IMG/VR virus record: IMGVR_UViG_3300047510_002627
Location: 1-64,000 of that record
Strand: one strand, 5' to 3'
DNA: 64,000 nucleotides
Source of the DNA: a virus
Shown here piece after piece: positions 36,701 through 46,432 of this stretch; within the stretch, counting starts at the first letter, position 1, and the number at the start of each line of letters is the position of its first letter. Below the pieces are notes generated by a model. It did not search any database and had not been told where the DNA came from. It saw only the letters and a program-made list of their open reading frames with translations. Both the position numbers and the translations under genes were made by a program.

Positions 36701-39273
36701 CACAATCATTCTTCGTTAAGGATGAAACTGGAGTATTTTTAACTGCTGTTGATGTTTATTTTGAAACCAAAGATGAGTCTGGAGTGCCAGTAACTTTACA
36801 ACTTCGCACTATGGAAAATGGAATACCAACAACAACTGTATTTCCATTCTCTGAAGTTACTTTAACTCCAGATCAAATAAATCTTTCTACCGATGGCAGC
36901 ATTCCAACTAGATTTACTTTTGCATCACCAGTATATCTTTCTGGTCCTCAAGGAAAACCTGTTAGAGGAGCACCAATTGCAAGTGAGGCCACAGCAGAAT
37001 ATGCAGTAGTATTACTTTCAAATAGTTCAAATTATAGAGTTTTCATTAGTAGACTTGGTGAAAATGACATACTTACAAATGTCAAAGTAGGAGCTCAACC
37101 AACGTTGGGAAGTCTGTTTAAGTCACAAAATGGTTCGACTTGGACTCCAACTCAACTTGAAGATTTGAAGTATAAATTGTATAGAGCAGAATTTGTTGAT
37201 AGCGGTATTGTAAAGTATTATAATCCCGTATTAGCATTAAAAAATGAAAAGGTTACTGTTTTAGGTCCAAATCAATTAACTACTTTAGATAGAAGATCTA
37301 TCATTAAACTGGATGATTATGCACCTATTAGATCAGATCTTCAATTGGGATCTACAATATATCAAACTAACAATGGGCAAGGCAAATTAGTTGCTATAGG
37401 TGGAAGTATAGTAACTGGTACTGGTGTTACTATATCAAATGTAGGTTTTGGTTACACTAATGGAACATTTACAAATAATGGAAATGGATATGAGTTAATC
37501 ACTATTTCTGGATTTGGTAACGGGGCTAAAGCAAATGTTACCGTTTCTGGTGGAGTAATATCTAATGTTTCCATTATAGATGGGGGATTTGGATATGTAG
37601 AAGGTGATACTTTAAGTATTCCATCAATTGGACAAGACGTTGGATTTGGTGGGCAGGTTACTGTTGATAATGTTAAATTTAAAAATACATTAGTTGTTGA
37701 AAATATTGTAAAAGGATTTGAACCTGGAGATAGTGCTTCATTCCAAACCAATAGAAGAGTATTTTTTATTGATTCAAGTACTGGAATAGGAACTTATGTT
37801 GGAATAAATTCAACATCAACGGTTGTTCCCGATCCAGGACCAAGAGCTGAAACTATAATTAATAACCCAAGGTATGATGGATTGCATATGAAGATTGATG
37901 CAGTTAATCATGGAATGCATTCGGTTCAAAATTATGTGAGAATTTCTAATGTAAGACCAGAAGATGATGAAGTAAATAGTACTTTAAGTACAGAAATGTC
38001 CTCAACTGAAACTAGTGTTATTAATTTAACTAGTACTGCTGGATTTGAAACATTTGAAGGAATTCCAGTCAATGGGGACAATCCTGGTTATATTATTATT
38101 GGAAATGAAGTTGTTGGATATACAACTTATTCTGCTACAAGTCTTGGTGCAGGAACACCAACTATAACTAGAGCAGTTGTTGGAGAACCTCAACCATATG
38201 ATGTTGGAACACCTGTTTACAAATATGAATTAAATGGAATTTCATTAAGAAGGATAAACAAAGTTCACACTTTGTCAGGACTTGATGAAAATATTTTCCC
38301 ATTAGAATTTAATTCTTTCCATATACCAATAGAAACTACAGATACCGACTTTGAAGGAAATGCTATCGGTAAAAATAGATCTGGAACAGGAGATCTTGTT
38401 TTTAGAAGTACAGATTCATTGGGAGATTCTGGATCAATAGTATCAACTAATGTAACTTTTGATATACTAACTCCCAATTTTGCAACGATAGTTCCTTCGG
38501 AAACATCTATCAAAGCAAAAGTTAGAACAATTTCTGGAACAAGTATAGATGGTAATGAATCTTCTTTTGTCGATCAGGGATACGTAGAAATGTCATTGGA
38601 TCAACCAGTAATGTTCAATAATCCAAGATTGATCGCGTCTAGAGTTAATGAAACTCGTTATTTAACTGATCTCCCAGGAAATAGAAGTTTAACAATGGAG
38701 TTTGAACTGAAAACTGAAGATAGTAGAGTTTCTCCAATAATAGATGATATCACAACTGGAGCAATTTTAACATCAAACTTGGTTAATGCTCCTGCTGGAA
38801 TAGGCGATGATTCAAGTTTTGCGGATGTTGAATACATTAGGGGTGGAGATGACAAACATGAAGCTGTTTATATTTCAAAACCAATTTTGTTAAAACTCCC
38901 AGCAAACTCAATAAAATTATTCTTAAAGTCTGCAAGAACTGAAAACAATGACATAAGAGTTCTCTATAAACTCTATAGAGAAGATAGTGCAGATGGCGAT
39001 CCCAATTTTGAGCCTTTCCCTGGATATAAAAATTATAGAACGGATTCTAATGGAATTAAGAGAGTAGTTGATGCTTCCAAAAATGACGGATCATCTGATA
39101 GTAGAGTAAGTGTGAATTCAAATGTGAATTTCTCTGAATATGAATATACAATTGATAATTTACCAGAATTTACTGGATTTGCAATTAAAATTATATTTGC
39201 TTCAAAAAATCAATCAGAACCACCTCTCGTAAAAGAACTTAGAGCAATAGCAACATTGAAACCGGGATTATAA
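30769..39273 (+). CDS. VrlC-like / DUF4815 large virion structural protein
   Basis: NVSPYFDDFD, FKPGYPVQARELT, APGADRLK, DPLAQSF motifs. Confidence 0.88.
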   Translation: MPQETNFNVSPYFDDFDKDKDYYRVLFKPGYPVQARELTTSQSILQNQVEQFANKFFKEGEIVIPGSLIYNNPIYSVEIEQSYNGLPVSLYFQQLKGKVLKGLNSGVTAEVFALIDNVESERNNFTLYVKYLESGGEDLTIKRFLDGETLVSTTAISYGESNKFVIQANQGICNTISLNSTDEGSAISITEGVCYTRGIFVNVSPQILVLSQYDTVPNYKVGFDIVERIVTSDEDQSLYDNARNFSNFTAPGADRLKIELFLAKKDLNSIENDSFVELMRVVDGIPLFSDSDNDQVKNIITAKTEASRAISETSGDFFIKSFSVNVKDSLNDYFLNDGVFFETQSTVSGNTPSEDKIVYQIGPGKAYVDGFAVETTASRLLDADKPRASNDCTKEIIPFNAGALYVLNNTIGSASIGLSTNATVSLMSDRLGENKYVAAGTTIGLARVYDFIPESEYQNDLSRMHLRLFDAQTFVDLKFAKPVVVERPAFVEGKKSGATGHVYNTFSEVTNIQTIQFNGGAVGISTILLQYNKLGDPVVGVATIGLGGLGSASANNLSNGDFIFITGTGYPQIDFPTGGKFQISQAGITTYGEFEITLQSQPNVEGAVEDEFGGYTIENFGTITKVSTAATVNSTSHGLTSGQQIVIRGTNNNDFNRSFIVDQVFNASSFSLLDSDGTTLTADDNFNGIISAIGGEHLTVLDEIKLYEVKGQFSSGEQVILNGEIDNRLVKEVVEYSLSDVKSVFSEKIGISTFNGDVILDKKSFLAPAGTLFNITPDYNSGGISTISATVATNITTGLKVGDIITYTTSTVGPRYPENPDGSFDPIYNKVVSINSNGKSFEVVGITSVPGFINGSAYLDGSSPELSETSTNIAKVSSSVYTSLDSETLLTKFNNSVLSQVDFDNNVILQRRLFREASVINKQITIEIDPTEEDITFASFDEDRYVITYTNGNKETIRFDRFKIENAGKRAVFTDLQKGPVSGNGIADVIATVRNTKPNSKTKTFNAASVITINGSSLRSSGTGEGTLDDGLTYRRPYGTRVQDRIISLNTPDVVRVIGIFESSTTSEPTLPNIQLINSSNTNYVVGEFIVGETSKAVAVLVNKINSDILEFVYVNSRTFEKGESVTGKETGTKGLINSIVKGDKNITQNYIFDDGQRSAYYDYSRIIRAKNVEPPTKQLKIVFQNYTVKSTDDGEFYTVNSYSNKNYKFDVPSFNGIRLTDYVDIRPRLNQYDTNNTTKSPFEYGQRDFSGQGQASRYVLAPEENLEVCYKYYVGRIDKLILKPNGEFSVIQGEPSLNPKEPLTPDNCLVIGTINLPPYVFNVKSIEVNIENHKNYTMQDIASLEQRITRLEEFTILNAAESKTENLKLIDAETGIERLKCGFFVDTFTNTNLHDQDDPNYKIAIDDENNIMRPTHYTTFIDMQLGSEVISGVAETFDQTKDHDFVTDLGSNNIRKTGDLISLNYSDLEYFNQPYATRTESVTPFLVKYWTGSIELRPSSDSWIEEREEVNQSFATNTEVLPRLPDINIVRVNNVTTNQTVFRNNVVTQRGIFRGRWITARGSWWRRGLWRRNTRGNGRRAEWWRQFQRNSTWLSSSVRTVNGRQVVRFRAIRQRLTSADINWLRSILPPDIANNYITQVQSAGNNRAIFLEFSPGFARDEISTTRTVSTSVQTTSNTVTTTIPPEINVTTTVEESESNFTEPTRFLRSRNIEFDVKGLRPRTRFYPFFEGIDVKDYIVPKLLEIEMIQGKFQVGELVESDPSFTSKKIRFRLCKPNHKTGPFATPEETFISIPYRQSAPPEAYTESSDYLNVDTRALQLNSETDYYGEVAVNMRVIGKTSGAVARITNVRLVSDNGGRLIGSLYIPDPKVAGNPKWNNGENTFTVIDTPSLSEVASGDDNTTSESSAEEEFTSSSTTNVTVRNILTTRNIRITPARNINTTTVTNVRTNTTAVTQTRVRRRTGAIVRRWEVKDPLAQSFFVKDETGVFLTAVDVYFETKDESGVPVTLQLRTMENGIPTTTVFPFSEVTLTPDQINLSTDGSIPTRFTFASPVYLSGPQGKPVRGAPIASEATAEYAVVLLSNSSNYRVFISRLGENDILTNVKVGAQPTLGSLFKSQNGSTWTPTQLEDLKYKLYRAEFVDSGIVKYYNPVLALKNEKVTVLGPNQLTTLDRRSIIKLDDYAPIRSDLQLGSTIYQTNNGQGKLVAIGGSIVTGTGVTISNVGFGYTNGTFTNNGNGYELITISGFGNGAKANVTVSGGVISNVSIIDGGFGYVEGDTLSIPSIGQDVGFGGQVTVDNVKFKNTLVVENIVKGFEPGDSASFQTNRRVFFIDSSTGIGTYVGINSTSTVVPDPGPRAETIINNPRYDGLHMKIDAVNHGMHSVQNYVRISNVRPEDDEVNSTLSTEMSSTETSVINLTSTAGFETFEGIPVNGDNPGYIIIGNEVVGYTTYSATSLGAGTPTITRAVVGEPQPYDVGTPVYKYELNGISLRRINKVHTLSGLDENIFPLEFNSFHIPIETTDTDFEGNAIGKNRSGTGDLVFRSTDSLGDSGSIVSTNVTFDILTPNFATIVPSETSIKAKVRTISGTSIDGNESSFVDQGYVEMSLDQPVMFNNPRLIASRVNETRYLTDLPGNRSLTMEFELKTEDSRVSPIIDDITTGAILTSNLVNAPAGIGDDSSFADVEYIRGGDDKHEAVYISKPILLKLPANSIKLFLKSARTENNDIRVLYKLYREDSADGDPNFEPFPGYKNYRTDSNGIKRVVDASKNDGSSDSRVSVNSNVNFSEYEYTIDNLPEFTGFAIKIIFASKNQSEPPLVKELRAIATLKPGL

Positions 39274-39275
39274 TT

Positions 39276-39524
39276 ATGGAAGATGATTACTTCACTGACA
39301 ATGAACTATATTCAAAAGTCGATGGTAATGAAAGTTTAGTTAGAGATAAAGAAACGGGGGCAATTATTTACACAAACGAATCCGAGTATAATGCTTACAT
39401 TCAAAGTTATAAGAAAAGATATAGTGAATTGAAAAAAATTGATATCATAGAAAATGAGATGAATGAGATTAAAAATGATATTGGTGAGATCAAAAATTTA
39501 CTGAAATCATTATTATCAAAATAA
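39276..39524 (+). CDS. Small coiled-coil virion-associated protein
   Basis: LVRDKETGAII and IKNDIGEIKNLL motifs; lies between VrlC-like and gp13. Confidence 0.8.
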   Translation: MEDDYFTDNELYSKVDGNESLVRDKETGAIIYTNESEYNAYIQSYKKRYSELKKIDIIENEMNEIKNDIGEIKNLLKSLLSK

Positions 39525-39550
39525 ATACTAATATAAAGATATAGAAAAAA

Positions 39551-40369
39551 ATGGCACAACCATCTACAAGACAAGAATTTATAGATTATTGTTTGAGGAA
39601 ACTTGGTGCCCCCGTTTTAGAAATTAACGTTGCTGAAGAGCAAGTTGAAGATCTTGTGGATGATGCCTTGCAACTTTTTAATGAGCGATGCTATGACGGT
39701 TCTTACTCTACATTTTTAAAATACCAAATAACACAAGAAGATGTTGATAGAGGAAGAGCACTTCCACCTTCTGGAACTGGTATAACAACAACTTCTGAAG
39801 GAATTTATGATTATCATGAAAATTCAAATTATATTCCTCTACCACCTCATGTTATAGGAGTTAGAAGAATTTTTAAATTTGAAGGAACTAATACTATATC
39901 GGCAGGAATGTTTAGTATAAAATATCAATTATTTTTAAACGATGTTTATACTTGGGGATCTTTGGATCTTCTTACATATGCTATGACAAAAACATATCTT
40001 GAAGATATTACTTGGTTGTTAACTACTGAAAAACAAATAAGATTTAATAAGAGGCAAGGAAGACTTTATTTGGATATTGATTATAATCAATTGAAAGTTG
40101 GAAATTATTTAATCATTGATTGTGATAGATTAATGAATCCAGCAGAATATTCTTTAGTTTGGAATGATAATTTTTTAAAACAATATGCAACCTCATTAAT
40201 TAAACGGCAGTGGGGTCAAAATTTAATTAAATTCCAAGGAGTGAAACTCCCAGGAGGATTGGAATTTAATGGAAGAACTTTATATGAAGATGCTCAACGT
40301 GAAATAGATAACTTAATGGAAAAAATGTCTTCCACATACGAACTTCCACCATTAGACATGATAGGATAA
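39551..40369 (+). CDS. gp13: Neck protein gp13
   Basis: YCLRKLGAPVLEINV, KRQWGQNLIKF, ELPPLDMIG motifs; ATAAATA at 39521-39527. Confidence 0.95.
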   Translation: MAQPSTRQEFIDYCLRKLGAPVLEINVAEEQVEDLVDDALQLFNERCYDGSYSTFLKYQITQEDVDRGRALPPSGTGITTTSEGIYDYHENSNYIPLPPHVIGVRRIFKFEGTNTISAGMFSIKYQLFLNDVYTWGSLDLLTYAMTKTYLEDITWLLTTEKQIRFNKRQGRLYLDIDYNQLKVGNYLIIDCDRLMNPAEYSLVWNDNFLKQYATSLIKRQWGQNLIKFQGVKLPGGLEFNGRTLYEDAQREIDNLMEKMSSTYELPPLDMIG

Positions 40370-40370
40370 T

Positions 40371-41840
40371 ATGTTAAATCCATTTTTTCTCAACGGCAGC
40401 AAATCAGAACAAGGTCTTATTCAAGATCTAGTCAACGAACAGTTGAGGATGTATGGTGTTGATATATATTATCTTCCAAGACTTTTTATTAAAGAGCAGA
40501 CAATAACAAGAGAAGTTCTTGAATCTCAATTTGAAAATGCATATCCTTTAGAAGCTTATGTGAGTGATTTTGAAGGATACGGTGGGCAAGGAACTATATT
40601 ATCAAAATTTGGTCTACAAGATATGGATGACCTTAGTTTGGTCATTTCAAAAGAAAGATTTGAAACTTATATAACTCCACTCATAAAAAAAATACCAAAT
40701 ATTAAGGTATCTGATAGACCAAAAGAGGGAGATTTAATTTGGTTCCCATTAGGTGATAGATTATTTGAAATAAAATTTGTAGAGCACGAAAAACCATTTT
40801 ATCCGCTGAAAGGGAATTATACTTATGAATTGAGATGTGAACTTTACAGACCTCAAACTGGAGAAGTTCTTGATACTGGATATGAATATGTTGATGATAA
40901 CTTAATTGATGAATCATATATTCAAACACTTCAAATGGTTGGTGCTGGAGTTACTGCCCAAGCAATTACATCATTCTGTGCGTTCGGCGGCATTAGACTT
41001 ATTGAAGTGACTAATATGGGTCACCGATATGTTTCAGATCCAGATGTTAATATTTCTCAGGCTCCTTCTGGTGGCATTACCGCAATAGCTACTGCGATAC
41101 TTCAAAAAAATCTTCCAGATTTTTGTGAACCAAATAAAGATCTATCAAAAGTAGTTGCAGTTAATTTAATACATCCAGGATGTGGATACAGAGCAACAAG
41201 TTCTACAAATTTCCTCGGAACTAAAGATACTGGACCGTTAGTATCAATTGCTGGTGGAGGAGGTGAAGGAGCAACTGGAATTGCATCTCTATCAAATGGT
41301 GTCGTTGGAATTATAACCATTACAAATCCAGGATCTGGATATGTAATAAGACCTTCTATAACCTTTGTTGGAGGAAATCCTGCAGTTTCTGCAGCTGCAA
41401 CAGTAAGACTTACTCCTATTGGTGGAATTGCTGCCATTTATATTACAGATGCTGGAAAAGGATATACATCTGCACCAACTATTGTAATTGGTAACCCAGT
41501 AAATGCTGGAATAGGAACATATAAATTCAATGAACCAGTAGTGGGAAGTGTAAGCGGAACAACTGGAAGAGTCAAAAGATGGAATGTTAAATCGTATATA
41601 CTTGAAGTTGGTTCTTTAAATGGAAACTTTATAGATGGCGATGTAATTATTGGGCAGGAGTCTGGAGCAAGATACCCAGTAAGAATAATAAATACTGATA
41701 ACTTGGCCGATCCAAATTCATTCACTGAGTTGTCTACTCCTGAGAATGCAGCAGACAAACAGGGTACTAATAAAGACATTGAAATTGAAGCTTCAAATAT
41801 ATTAGATCAATCAGAAGATAACCTATTTGGTATACCATAA
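40371..41840 (+). CDS. gp14: Neck protein gp14 with Gly-rich insertion
   Basis: LNPFFL, EQLRMYG, RPKEGDLIWFP, FEIKFVEHEKPFY motifs. Confidence 0.92.
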   Translation: MLNPFFLNGSKSEQGLIQDLVNEQLRMYGVDIYYLPRLFIKEQTITREVLESQFENAYPLEAYVSDFEGYGGQGTILSKFGLQDMDDLSLVISKERFETYITPLIKKIPNIKVSDRPKEGDLIWFPLGDRLFEIKFVEHEKPFYPLKGNYTYELRCELYRPQTGEVLDTGYEYVDDNLIDESYIQTLQMVGAGVTAQAITSFCAFGGIRLIEVTNMGHRYVSDPDVNISQAPSGGITAIATAILQKNLPDFCEPNKDLSKVVAVNLIHPGCGYRATSSTNFLGTKDTGPLVSIAGGGGEGATGIASLSNGVVGIITITNPGSGYVIRPSITFVGGNPAVSAAATVRLTPIGGIAAIYITDAGKGYTSAPTIVIGNPVNAGIGTYKFNEPVVGSVSGTTGRVKRWNVKSYILEVGSLNGNFIDGDVIIGQESGARYPVRIINTDNLADPNSFTELSTPENAADKQGTNKDIEIEASNILDQSEDNLFGIP

Positions 41841-42862
41841 TGTTTGAATATTTCTATCACGAAAATATTAGAAACGTTATATTAGCGTTTGCAACGCTAT
41901 TTAATAATATTTACGTTAGAGAAACTGACGCATCTGGCAATGTGACAAAAAATAACAAGGTTCCAATTAGATATGGACCTCGTTCAAAATTTTTAGCAAG
42001 AATTGATGAGGCACCAAAAGATTTGAATAATCCTGTTCAAATCACATTGCCAATGATGTCTTTTACTTATAATGGTTTAACTTATGATCCAGATAGAAAA
42101 ATCACAACTACTGAATATTTTACTGTTCAAGATCCAGAAAATCCTCAAGGGTGTTTAAAATCTTACATGCCAGTTCCATATAATATGTCTTTGGAACTTA
42201 GTATTATGACAAAATTGGAGCAAGATTCTTGGCAAATAGTAGAGCAAATTTTACCTTATTTTCAACCAGCATACACATTAACAATAAAATATACTGGGAT
42301 AAAAGAATTAAAAGATGTTCCAATTCAAATTGAATCTATAGAAATACAAGATGATTATGAAGGTAATTTTGAATCTAGAAGATCTTTAATATATACAATC
42401 AGATTTACAGCAAAAGTATACTTATTTGGACCTCAACAAAAAGTTACTGATAGTATTATTAGAAAGTCTACTATTGGTTTTGTTGTTGGGTCATCGGCGC
42501 ACCCACCAAATAGTGATGCAATATTCAGAGATATTACAGTGTCTTCAACTCCAGTCGCTGTAATTCCTTATTCCAAAACATTGGCCGGAAATTTGACAAG
42601 AGATTTTGTATTGAACGACACTGTTCTTTTCTTAGATACTGTTCAAAATATAACAACAGACATGATAATTGGAATAGGAAAAGAAATATTAAAAGTTACA
42701 TATATAAATCAAACTACAAAGGCAGTAACTGTTTTAAGAGCAAACTATGATTCAAAACAAGAACTACATGTTTCTGGATCAGAAGTGTATAAAGTAATAG
42801 ATGCAGATAATGATTTAATTGAACCTGGTGATCCATTTGAAGCTAATCAAATCATATTTTAA
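41840..42862 (+). CDS. gp15: Tail sheath stabiliser gp15
   Basis: MFEYFYHE, KVPIRYGP..KFLAR, QIVEQILPYFQP motifs. Confidence 0.93.
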   Translation: MFEYFYHENIRNVILAFATLFNNIYVRETDASGNVTKNNKVPIRYGPRSKFLARIDEAPKDLNNPVQITLPMMSFTYNGLTYDPDRKITTTEYFTVQDPENPQGCLKSYMPVPYNMSLELSIMTKLEQDSWQIVEQILPYFQPAYTLTIKYTGIKELKDVPIQIESIEIQDDYEGNFESRRSLIYTIRFTAKVYLFGPQQKVTDSIIRKSTIGFVVGSSAHPPNSDAIFRDITVSSTPVAVIPYSKTLAGNLTRDFVLNDTVLFLDTVQNITTDMIIGIGKEILKVTYINQTTKAVTVLRANYDSKQELHVSGSEVYKVIDADNDLIEPGDPFEANQIIF

Positions 42863-42867
42863 TTTTT

Positions 42868-43296
42868 ATGAATAACAACGAACTAAACAAAACATTCAAC
42901 ATAGAAAGTAGTGAAATATCTACCGAGGTGGAAGAACTTAAACCTATTGAAATAGATGATGATTTTGATATTAAAAAGGATATAAGAAAGGATTACAAAT
43001 ATAGTAGAGGAAATATATACTCAATTATAGAAAAAGGTCAAGAAGCTATAAATGGTGCTTTAGAAATGGCACAAGAAACGGAGTCTCCAAGAGCATATGA
43101 GGTAACAGGACAACTTATTAAAAACGTTGCAGATGCCACAGAAAAATTATTGGAACTTCAAAAGAAATTAAAAGATATAGAAGAAATTAAAGATAAAAAA
43201 GGTCCATCAAATGTTACAAATGCTTTGTTTATTGGATCTACTGCTGAATTGACAAAATTCATAAAGCAACAGAAAAGTCAAGGAGATGATAAATAA
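42868..43296 (+). CDS. gp16: Terminase small subunit gp16
   Basis: DYKYSRGN, ESPRAYEV.GQLIK, NALFIGSTAEL motifs. Confidence 0.92.
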   Translation: MNNNELNKTFNIESSEISTEVEELKPIEIDDDFDIKKDIRKDYKYSRGNIYSIIEKGQEAINGALEMAQETESPRAYEVTGQLIKNVADATEKLLELQKKLKDIEEIKDKKGPSNVTNALFIGSTAELTKFIKQQKSQGDDK

Positions 43297-43319
43297 AATA
43301 TATAGATTTTTTAATAGCA

Positions 43320-44714
43320 ATGTTAAACGAAGATCATAAAGCAATTGCCTCAGGCAAAAGAAAAGACGACGAAGGTTATATGGCCACAGTCGAGTTTGAC
43401 CAAATAGAAAGATCTATTGAAAAACTTCGTAAAGTTATAAAATCAAAAGACCAACAACTTCCTGCTTGGGTTCAATCGAAAATAACAAGAGCAGCAGATT
43501 TTATTGATACCGCAGCAGAATACCTTCAAAGTGATGAAGGATTGGAAGAAGGAAAAGATCCAAGTTTTGCAGTTAAAAAGTCATCTGGAGCTGGTGCATT
43601 AACTCCAGATGCTGCAAAACAACTTGGTCCAAAAGCAATTGAATTGCAAAAAAAGAAAGCGGCATCAGTAGGTTTGCCAAAGATAAAAAAAGAAGAAGTA
43701 TCTTTGGTAGAAAAGATCCTTGGTGAAGAGACATGTGGAAAAGGAATGTATTGGTGCAACACTGATAAGGTTTGCAAACCTTTACCAAAAGGATTTGATG
43801 TTCCTGGTCAATCAAAAAAACCAACCGAAGTTGGTATTGGTAAAAACGTTGATGGGTCAAAAACATGTGCCCATACGAAAAAAGGCGAATCTTGTCCGGT
43901 TCATGGAAAAAAAGAATGCCCAATGAGCGAAGAAAAAGATCCAAAGGGACCAGTTAAAGCGTACAAATCCCCAGAAGAAATTGCTAAAAAGCATGGTGTT
44001 TCTTTGGAACTTATTAAGAAGCAACTTGAAATGGGGATCAAAGTTGAAGGGGAGCATACTTCTAATAAAACTTCAGCAAAAATTACCGCACTTCAACATT
44101 TAGATGAAGTACCAGATTATTACTCAAAATTAAAAAAAGTTGAATCTAAAAAAAGTGTTTCTGAAGCAACAAGAATACAAGCAAAAACTGGAAATATTGT
44201 TGCAATTACAGTTTCATGGAGGGGAAAATATTATTATATTCAAATGTTCTTCCCACAATTGAGACTTCCATCAAGAAAAGAAATATCCCTGGAAGTTCAA
44301 AAAATATATCCAGATTCAAGAGTTATTTCTTATAAAATATCAGATTTGAAACCAGGAGAACCATTTCTTCAAATTTCCAACACACCTTCAAAAAATTACT
44401 TATTAAATAATAAAACAGTTGGAGAAGGGGTTGAAATATCAGAAGCAAAAAAGTCTGAGATGCCTTGTAATAAACCAAAAGCACAAGCACATGGTTCTGG
44501 TGAACAAGGCAAATCTCATGTAGTAAAAGCATGTGAAAATGGAAAAGAAAAACTCATAAGATTTGGTCAACTTGGAGTAAAAGGATCTCCCAAGAAAAAA
44601 GGAGAATCCGAAGAATATGCAAATCGTCGTGAAAGATTTAAGTCAAGACATGCAAAAAATATTGCAAAGGGAAAGATGAGTGCTGCATATTGGGCAAATA
44701 GAGTTAAATGGTAG
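43320..44714 (+). CDS. Modular basic head/internal protein (DUF5661-like and DUF6321-like modules)
   Basis: MGIKVEGEHT..ALQHLDEVPDYY and RFGQ..RRERFKSRH..SAAYWA..W modules; ATAAATA at 43289-43295. Confidence 0.65.
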   Translation: MLNEDHKAIASGKRKDDEGYMATVEFDQIERSIEKLRKVIKSKDQQLPAWVQSKITRAADFIDTAAEYLQSDEGLEEGKDPSFAVKKSSGAGALTPDAAKQLGPKAIELQKKKAASVGLPKIKKEEVSLVEKILGEETCGKGMYWCNTDKVCKPLPKGFDVPGQSKKPTEVGIGKNVDGSKTCAHTKKGESCPVHGKKECPMSEEKDPKGPVKAYKSPEEIAKKHGVSLELIKKQLEMGIKVEGEHTSNKTSAKITALQHLDEVPDYYSKLKKVESKKSVSEATRIQAKTGNIVAITVSWRGKYYYIQMFFPQLRLPSRKEISLEVQKIYPDSRVISYKISDLKPGEPFLQISNTPSKNYLLNNKTVGEGVEISEAKKSEMPCNKPKAQAHGSGEQGKSHVVKACENGKEKLIRFGQLGVKGSPKKKGESEEYANRRERFKSRHAKNIAKGKMSAAYWANRVKW

Positions 44715-44721
44715 GTAATTT

Positions 44722-46371
44722 ATGAGTGATGAACATTATCTCGGTAATCCGCTTTTAAAAAAAGCGAATACTGCTATTGAATTTACAGCAGAACAAATTG
44801 AAGAAATTGGAAAATGCTATGATGATCCCCTTTATTTTGCAGAGCATTATGTGCAAATTGTAACAATTGACAAGGGATTACAACCATTTAAAATGTATCC
44901 CTTCCAAAAAAACATGATTAAACGGTTTCATGATAACCGTTTTAATATATGCAAACTACCTCGTCAGTCTGGAAAATCTACTACAGTCTGTGCATTTTTA
45001 TTGCATTATGCAATTTTTAATGACAATGTGAATATTGCGATTCTTGCAAACAAAGCAAATACCGCAAGAGATCTTCTTCAAAGATTGCAAACAGGATATG
45101 AGAATCTTCCGAAATGGTTGCAGCAGGGAGTTCTATCTTGGAATAAAGGTTCTTTAGAATTAGAAAATAAATCAAGGATTTTTGCTGCTTCGACATCAGC
45201 ATCATCAGTAAGAGGAAGTACTTTTAATATCATCTTTTTGGACGAATTTGCATTCGTACCAAATACAGTTGCAGATAATTTTTTCAGTTCAGTATATCCT
45301 ACTATTACTTCTGGACAATCATCAAAAGTTATAATTGTTTCTACTCCATTTGGAATGAACCATTTTTATAAACTTTGGGATGATGCACAAAAAAAGAAAA
45401 ATAGTTATGTTCCTACAGAAGTTCATTGGACTGATGTTCCAGGAAGAGATGAAAAATTTAAAGCAACTACAATTGCAAATACCTCGGAATCACAATGGAG
45501 ACAAGAATTTGAATGTCAGTTTCTTGGATCTACTGATACCTTAATATCTGGAGCAAAATTAAATAATCTTACTTTTGATACTCCACTTCAATCCCATAAT
45601 GGATTTGATGTTTACGAGTTTCCTCAAAAAGATCATAATTATGTAATAACTGTTGACGTTGCTAGAGGGGTAGAAAAAGACTACTCTGCATTTACAGTAA
45701 TAGATATATCTCAGTTTCCTCATAGGTTGGTTGCAAAATATAGGAATAATCAAATAAGACCCATCGTTTTTCCCCAAACTATACGAGAAATTGCAAAAAG
45801 TTATAATAGAGCATATGTTTTATGTGAGGTTAATGATGTTGGAGATCAAGTTGCTGCTGGACTTTTTTATGATCTAGAATATGAAAATGTTCTTATGTCT
45901 TCTATGAGAGGAAGAGCAGGACAAGTTCTCGGGCAAGGATTTTCTGGGAAAAAAGTTCAATTGGGAGTTAAAATGTCAAAGGCAACCAAAAAAGTTGGTT
46001 GCTTAAATTTAAAGGCTCTTATAGAAGAAGACAAATTATTAATTTCGGATTTTGACACTATTTCAGAATTAACAACTTTTATACAAAAACATGGATCATT
46101 TGAAGCAGAAGAAGGAAGAAATGATGATTTAGTCATGTGTCTTGTGATATATTCTTGGTTGATTCAACAAGATTATTTTAAAGAATTGACAGATCAAGAT
46201 ATTAGAAAAAGATTATATGATGAGCAAAAAAATCAAATTGAACAGGACATGGCACCATTTGGATTTGTTAGTGATGGTATAACAGATGATACTTCCTTTG
46301 TTGATCAAAGTGGTGATCGGTGGCACGTCGATGAGTATGGAGATATGGCGTATATGTGGGATTATATTTAA
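44722..46371 (+). CDS. gp17: Terminase large subunit gp17
   Basis: YLGNPLLKKA, PRQSGKST (Walker A), IIFLDEFAF (Walker B), DDLVM. Confidence 0.97.
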   Translation: MSDEHYLGNPLLKKANTAIEFTAEQIEEIGKCYDDPLYFAEHYVQIVTIDKGLQPFKMYPFQKNMIKRFHDNRFNICKLPRQSGKSTTVCAFLLHYAIFNDNVNIAILANKANTARDLLQRLQTGYENLPKWLQQGVLSWNKGSLELENKSRIFAASTSASSVRGSTFNIIFLDEFAFVPNTVADNFFSSVYPTITSGQSSKVIIVSTPFGMNHFYKLWDDAQKKKNSYVPTEVHWTDVPGRDEKFKATTIANTSESQWRQEFECQFLGSTDTLISGAKLNNLTFDTPLQSHNGFDVYEFPQKDHNYVITVDVARGVEKDYSAFTVIDISQFPHRLVAKYRNNQIRPIVFPQTIREIAKSYNRAYVLCEVNDVGDQVAAGLFYDLEYENVLMSSMRGRAGQVLGQGFSGKKVQLGVKMSKATKKVGCLNLKALIEEDKLLISDFDTISELTTFIQKHGSFEAEEGRNDDLVMCLVIYSWLIQQDYFKELTDQDIRKRLYDEQKNQIEQDMAPFGFVSDGITDDTSFVDQSGDRWHVDEYGDMAYMWDYI

Positions 46372-46432
46372 TTCCTGAAAAAACTGATTTTAATAAATAT
46401 TTCTTAGATAAACTGAGTCTTAGGAGAAAAAC

